Shown here: positions 60,630 through 64,000 of the stretch, one piece after another
Numbering within the stretch: the first letter of the stretch is position 1
Layout: each line of letters starts with the position of its first letter
Assembly (NCBI GenBank): GCA_963705985.1
Contig: CAVPLK010000003.1
Span: 1,624-65,623, forward strand
Direction: 5' to 3'
Origin: an uncultured Gemmatimonadales bacterium
Lineage (GTDB): Bacteria > Gemmatimonadota > Gemmatimonadetes > Gemmatimonadales > GWC2-71-9
DNA length: 64,000 nt
Position numbers and translations under genes: made by a program
Notes under the pieces: generated by a model
Told to the model about the DNA's origin: nothing
What the model saw: the letters and a program-made list of their open reading frames with translations, nothing else
Databases searched by the model: none

Positions 60630-61673
60630 ATGAAGCTGCCTCCCTTTCGCTTTAGCTTGAGTTCACTCATCCCCGCCAATGAAATTGCGGTCGATCTCGG
60701 CACGGCGAATACGCTGATCTACGTGAAGGGTGAGGGCATCGTGCTGAACGAGCCCTCGGTCGTCGCGCTCGAAAAGGCCACGGGCAAGATCAAGGGCATC
60801 GGTCTCGAGGCGAAGCGGATGCTGGGGCGCACTCCCGAGGGCATTCTCGCCGTGCGGCCGCTGAAGGACGGCGTCATCGCCGACTTCGACGTGACCGAGA
60901 AGATGCTGCGGTACTTCCTCAAGACCATCATCGACAAACACGTTTTCCGCGTGAAGCCGAAGGTTATCGTGTGCGTGCCGAGCGGCATCACCGAGGTCGA
61001 GCGGCGCGCGGTGCGCGATTCGGCGGAAACGGCGGGCGCCAAGGAAGTGTGGATGGTGGCGGAGCCGATGGCCGCGGCGATCGGCGTCGGTCTGCCGGTG
61101 GAGACGCCGACCGGGAACATGGTCATCGACATCGGCGGCGGGACCACGGAAATCGCGGTCATCGCGCTGTCGGGCATCGTCTCCGACACCTCCATCCGGA
61201 CCGGCGGCGACGAGCTCGACATGGCCATCGTGCAGTTCATGCGAAAGAATTACAATCTGCTCGTCGGCGAGCCGACCGCGGAGGCGATCAAGATCAAGAT
61301 CGGCTCGGCAGCGCCGGTCGGCGAAGAGCGCGAGATGGAGGTCAAGGGGCGCGACCTGGTCTCCGGCATCCCGAAGACGGTCCGGGTGCACTCCTCGGAA
61401 ATCCGCGAGGCCATCCAGGAGCCGATCCAGCAGATCGTCGACGCGGTGCGCCGGGCGCTCGAAATCACCCCACCGGAACTCGCCAGCGATATCGTGGACC
61501 GCGGCATCATCATGACCGGCGGCGGCGCGCTGATCCGCGGGCTGGACGTCCTGCTCGCCCAGGAGACGGGCCTGCCGATTCACGTGGACGAGGATCCGCT
61601 CACCTGCGTTGTCCGCGGCACCGGCCGCATCCTCGACGATCCGGCGAAGTACCAAAGCGTCCTTTCCAAGTAA
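60630..61673 (+). CDS. mreB: Rod shape-determining protein MreB
   Basis: [37 protein letters not shown]. Confidence 0.98.
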   Translation: MKLPPFRFSLSSLIPANEIAVDLGTANTLIYVKGEGIVLNEPSVVALEKATGKIKGIGLEAKRMLGRTPEGILAVRPLKDGVIADFDVTEKMLRYFLKTIIDKHVFRVKPKVIVCVPSGITEVERRAVRDSAETAGAKEVWMVAEPMAAAIGVGLPVETPTGNMVIDIGGGTTEIAVIALSGIVSDTSIRTGGDELDMAIVQFMRKNYNLLVGEPTAEAIKIKIGSAAPVGEEREMEVKGRDLVSGIPKTVRVHSSEIREAIQEPIQQIVDAVRRALEITPPELASDIVDRGIIMTGGGALIRGLDVLLAQETGLPIHVDEDPLTCVVRGTGRILDDPAKYQSVLSK

Positions 61674-61674
61674 C

Positions 61675-62511
61675 ATGCTGGCGCCGGATCGCACCTTCGC
61701 CCGTCGCGACACCGCCCTCTTCATTCTCTGCCTCGTCCTGTCGGTGGGTGCGCTGTTTGCACCGGAGCCGTGGCAGTACGCCATCGCGTCCAGCGCGCGG
61801 AGCACGGCGCTCGCGCCGCTGATCGCCCTCCAGCGCCGCGCCGAGGCGTCCCGCACCAGCCTGGCGCGGTTCGAACTGCTCACCGCGCAGCGGGATTCCG
61901 CCTCGGCCGCCGCCCAGTCGTTCCCGGTGCTGCTCGACGAGAACAACCAGCTCCGAGCCCTCCTCGGCCTGGCGAAGCGGCTCCCGCGCCGGGTGATTCC
62001 CGCCGAGGTCCTGCACCAACCCCTGCCCACCGATGGACGCACTCTCCTGCTGAGCGCCGGGCGCCAGTCGGGGATCGAGCCGTTCCAGGCGGTGGTGGCC
62101 CCCGATGGGCTGCTGGGCGTCATCCTGACCGTCGGCTCATCGACCGCCATCGTGCTGACCTGGTCGCATCCGGACTTCCGGGCCAGTGCCGTGACGCTCG
62201 ACGGCTCCGTGACCGGCATCATCGGAGTCACGCCTGACGCCTCGGTCCGCGAACCGATGCTCGAGCTGCGCGGCGTGCCCTACCGGGACTCGGTGCCGGT
62301 CGGCACGGAGGTCATCACCTCGGGTCTCGGCGGGGTCTATCCGCGAGGACTTCCGCTCGGGACGGTGGTCGGCGTGGCGCGGGAGTCGGAGGGGTGGGAG
62401 CGGATCTATCTGGTGCGTCCTGCGGCCGCCCCCGCGCGGGCCAGCCACGTCCTCGTCCTCCCGGCCGGGACAGTATGGCCCGGGCAGGCCACCGAGGATT
62501 CCCTGCCATGA
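61675..62511 (+). CDS. mreC: Rod shape-determining protein MreC
   Basis: TM helix, ENNQLRALL coiled coil, VITSGLGGVYPRGL. Confidence 0.92.
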   Translation: MLAPDRTFARRDTALFILCLVLSVGALFAPEPWQYAIASSARSTALAPLIALQRRAEASRTSLARFELLTAQRDSASAAAQSFPVLLDENNQLRALLGLAKRLPRRVIPAEVLHQPLPTDGRTLLLSAGRQSGIEPFQAVVAPDGLLGVILTVGSSTAIVLTWSHPDFRASAVTLDGSVTGIIGVTPDASVREPMLELRGVPYRDSVPVGTEVITSGLGGVYPRGLPLGTVVGVARESEGWERIYLVRPAAAPARASHVLVLPAGTVWPGQATEDSLP

Positions 62512-63005
62512 GCGCCGGCCGCGCCAGTCGTATCCGGTTCAGTCTCGTGATGCTGCTGCTGGTGGGGCTGCAGTTCTATGTGCGCCCCCGGCTCGGCAAC
62601 CCGCGCGTCGCCCCCGACTTCCTGATGCTCGGCCTGATGATCTTCGCCATTCGCAGCCGGCCCGGCGCGGCGGCGTTCGCGGGCTTTCTCATCGGCTTCG
62701 CGAGCGACGCGCTCACCCCGGCGCGTTTCGGCGCGGCCATGCTGGCCAACACCCTGGTGGGCTACGCCGCCGCCTGGGGCCGTGCGGTCTTCTTCGCGGA
62801 CAACCTCCTCGTCAATGCCGGATTCATCGCGGCCGGCGTCTGGCTGCGGGATTGCCTCGTGCTCGTGGCCAGCGGGACCAGCGGCAAGGAACTGGTGGTG
62901 CACCTCGGGGTGTGGAGCCCGGTGCTGGCGCTCAGCACCGCGGTGACGGGGGTCGTGGTGTTGACGGTCTTTCGCGACTGGCTCGATATCCGGCTTGAGG
63001 AATGA
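62508..63005 (+). CDS. mreD: Rod shape-determining protein MreD
   Basis: Multi-TM protein with PDF and G..GF..G...D motifs; follows mreC. Confidence 0.88.
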   Translation: MSAGRASRIRFSLVMLLLVGLQFYVRPRLGNPRVAPDFLMLGLMIFAIRSRPGAAAFAGFLIGFASDALTPARFGAAMLANTLVGYAAAWGRAVFFADNLLVNAGFIAAGVWLRDCLVLVASGTSGKELVVHLGVWSPVLALSTAVTGVVVLTVFRDWLDIRLEE

Positions 63006-64000
63006 ACGAGTTCCACTCCTACCGTCGCGCGGAGCGCGCGGTACTCGCCCGCGGGTTGTTCCTCGCGGTCTTCCTGCTCCTGACGGTCGCCTTCTTTCGC
63101 ACCCAGATTGTGCAGCACGAGCGTTTCCGGCTGCGCGCCGAGAAGAACCGACTGCGCATCGTCCCGCTCATGGCGCCGCGCGGCGTCATCTACGATCGCA
63201 ACGGGCTCGTCATCGCCGACAATGTCCCCGGCTACGCGATCAAGCTCCTCGCCCCGTCGCTCGACTCGCTGCGTGCGGTGTTGGCCCGGTTCATGGCGGT
63301 CGTTCCGCTCGACAGCGGCCAGGTGAGCAGCATCCTGGCGCACTATCGGCAGGCGCCGTATCAGCCGGTGGTGGTACTCGGCACCGGCAGTTTCGAGACG
63401 GTGTCCCGGCTGGAGGAGCGGAGGGCGGTCCTGCCCGGACTGGTCATCCAGTCGGAGCCGCGCCGGTACTACCCGGACGGCCAGGCGGTGGCGCACCTCG
63501 TCGGGTACGTGGGCGAGGTGAGCGAGCGAGACCTCGAGACCGACCGGTTTCCCGGGGCGCAGCTGGGGACGGTGGTGGGGCGGGCGGGACTGGAGCAGGA
63601 GTACGACGCGGAGCTGCGGGGCCGACCCGGGATCCACTACGTCGAGGTCAACGCGCGGGGCCGGCTGGTGCGCGAGGAGGACGTCGCGCCCACGCTCGCG
63701 GCCATTCCCGGCCAGCCGATCAAGACGACGATCGACCTCGAGCTGCAGCGCTACATCGACAGCCTCTGGCGGGCGGCCGCGCCGGGCGTGCGTGGCGCGA
63801 TGGTGGCGCTGACCCCATCCGGGGAAGTGCTCGCGCTCTACAGCGCGCCGGCCTACGACCCCAACGAATTCGTCGGCGGCATCTCGACCACCGAGTGGCG
63901 GCGGCTGAACGACGACCCCGCCAAACCGTTGCTCGACCGGGCCATCCAGACCCGGTACCCGCCGGCGTCACCCTTCAAGCTCGCCACCGCGGCGATGGCG
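63002..64000 (+). CDS. mrdA: Penicillin-binding protein 2 (3' truncated by window edge)
   Basis: Manual translation: TM helix, APRGVIYDRNG, HLVGYVGE, GLEQEYD, TIDLELQ, YPPASPFK (SxxK). Confidence 0.93.
   Translation, partial: MNEFHSYRRAERAVLARGLFLAVFLLLTVAFFRTQIVQHERFRLRAEKNRLRIVPLMAPRGVIYDRNGLVIADNVPGYAIKLLAPSLDSLRAVLARFMAVVPLDSGQVSSILAHYRQAPYQPVVVLGTGSFETVSRLEERRAVLPGLVIQSEPRRYYPDGQAVAHLVGYVGEVSERDLETDRFPGAQLGTVVGRAGLEQEYDAELRGRPGIHYVEVNARGRLVREEDVAPTLAAIPGQPIKTTIDLELQRYIDSLWRAAAPGVRGAMVALTPSGEVLALYSAPAYDPNEFVGGISTTEWRRLNDDPAKPLLDRAIQTRYPPASPFKLATAAMA

Overview
This is a GC-rich (about 70%) bacterial core-genome window. Gene content and order suggest Gemmatimonadota, but that is an inference. 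Almost all genes lie on the + strand, in this order: dnaG (3' part), zinc-ribbon protein, recJ, rsmD, coaD, pta, an RsbV/RsbW/SpoIIE partner-switching triad, rsmA, rex, a DEDDh exonuclease, an MBL hydrolase; infC-rpmI-rplT-pheST-zapB-like-zapA-rny-folD-xseAB-ispA-dxs-nadK-recN; a small accessory patch (outer-membrane-like protein, galK, lipoprotein, tRNA-Leu(UAA), arylsulfatase, membrane proteins, pilin-like pair plus a response regulator); tyrA-like-aroA-cmk-(inserted ORFs)-rpsA; an acyl-CoA carboxylase cluster; rplM-rpsI-rpsB-tsf-pyrH-frr-uppS-cdsA-dxr-rseP; rpsO-pnp-M16 peptidase-ald-dut; and mreBCD-mrdA (partial). Several essential genes (infC, rpsA, pccB, accC, dxr) carry single-base frameshifts that look like sequencing or assembly indels. 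I found no integrase, transposase, prophage, CRISPR array or defence system, and no clearly new multi-gene system. The best leads are a structured attenuator-like leader with a CTG start in front of infC, an arylsulfatase with an internal two-helix membrane anchor, a perfect Rex operator over the rex promoter, octamer/REP/long-hairpin repeats next to apparently leaderless promoters, a HARE-HTH-like domain on the exonuclease, and a degenerate TyrA.
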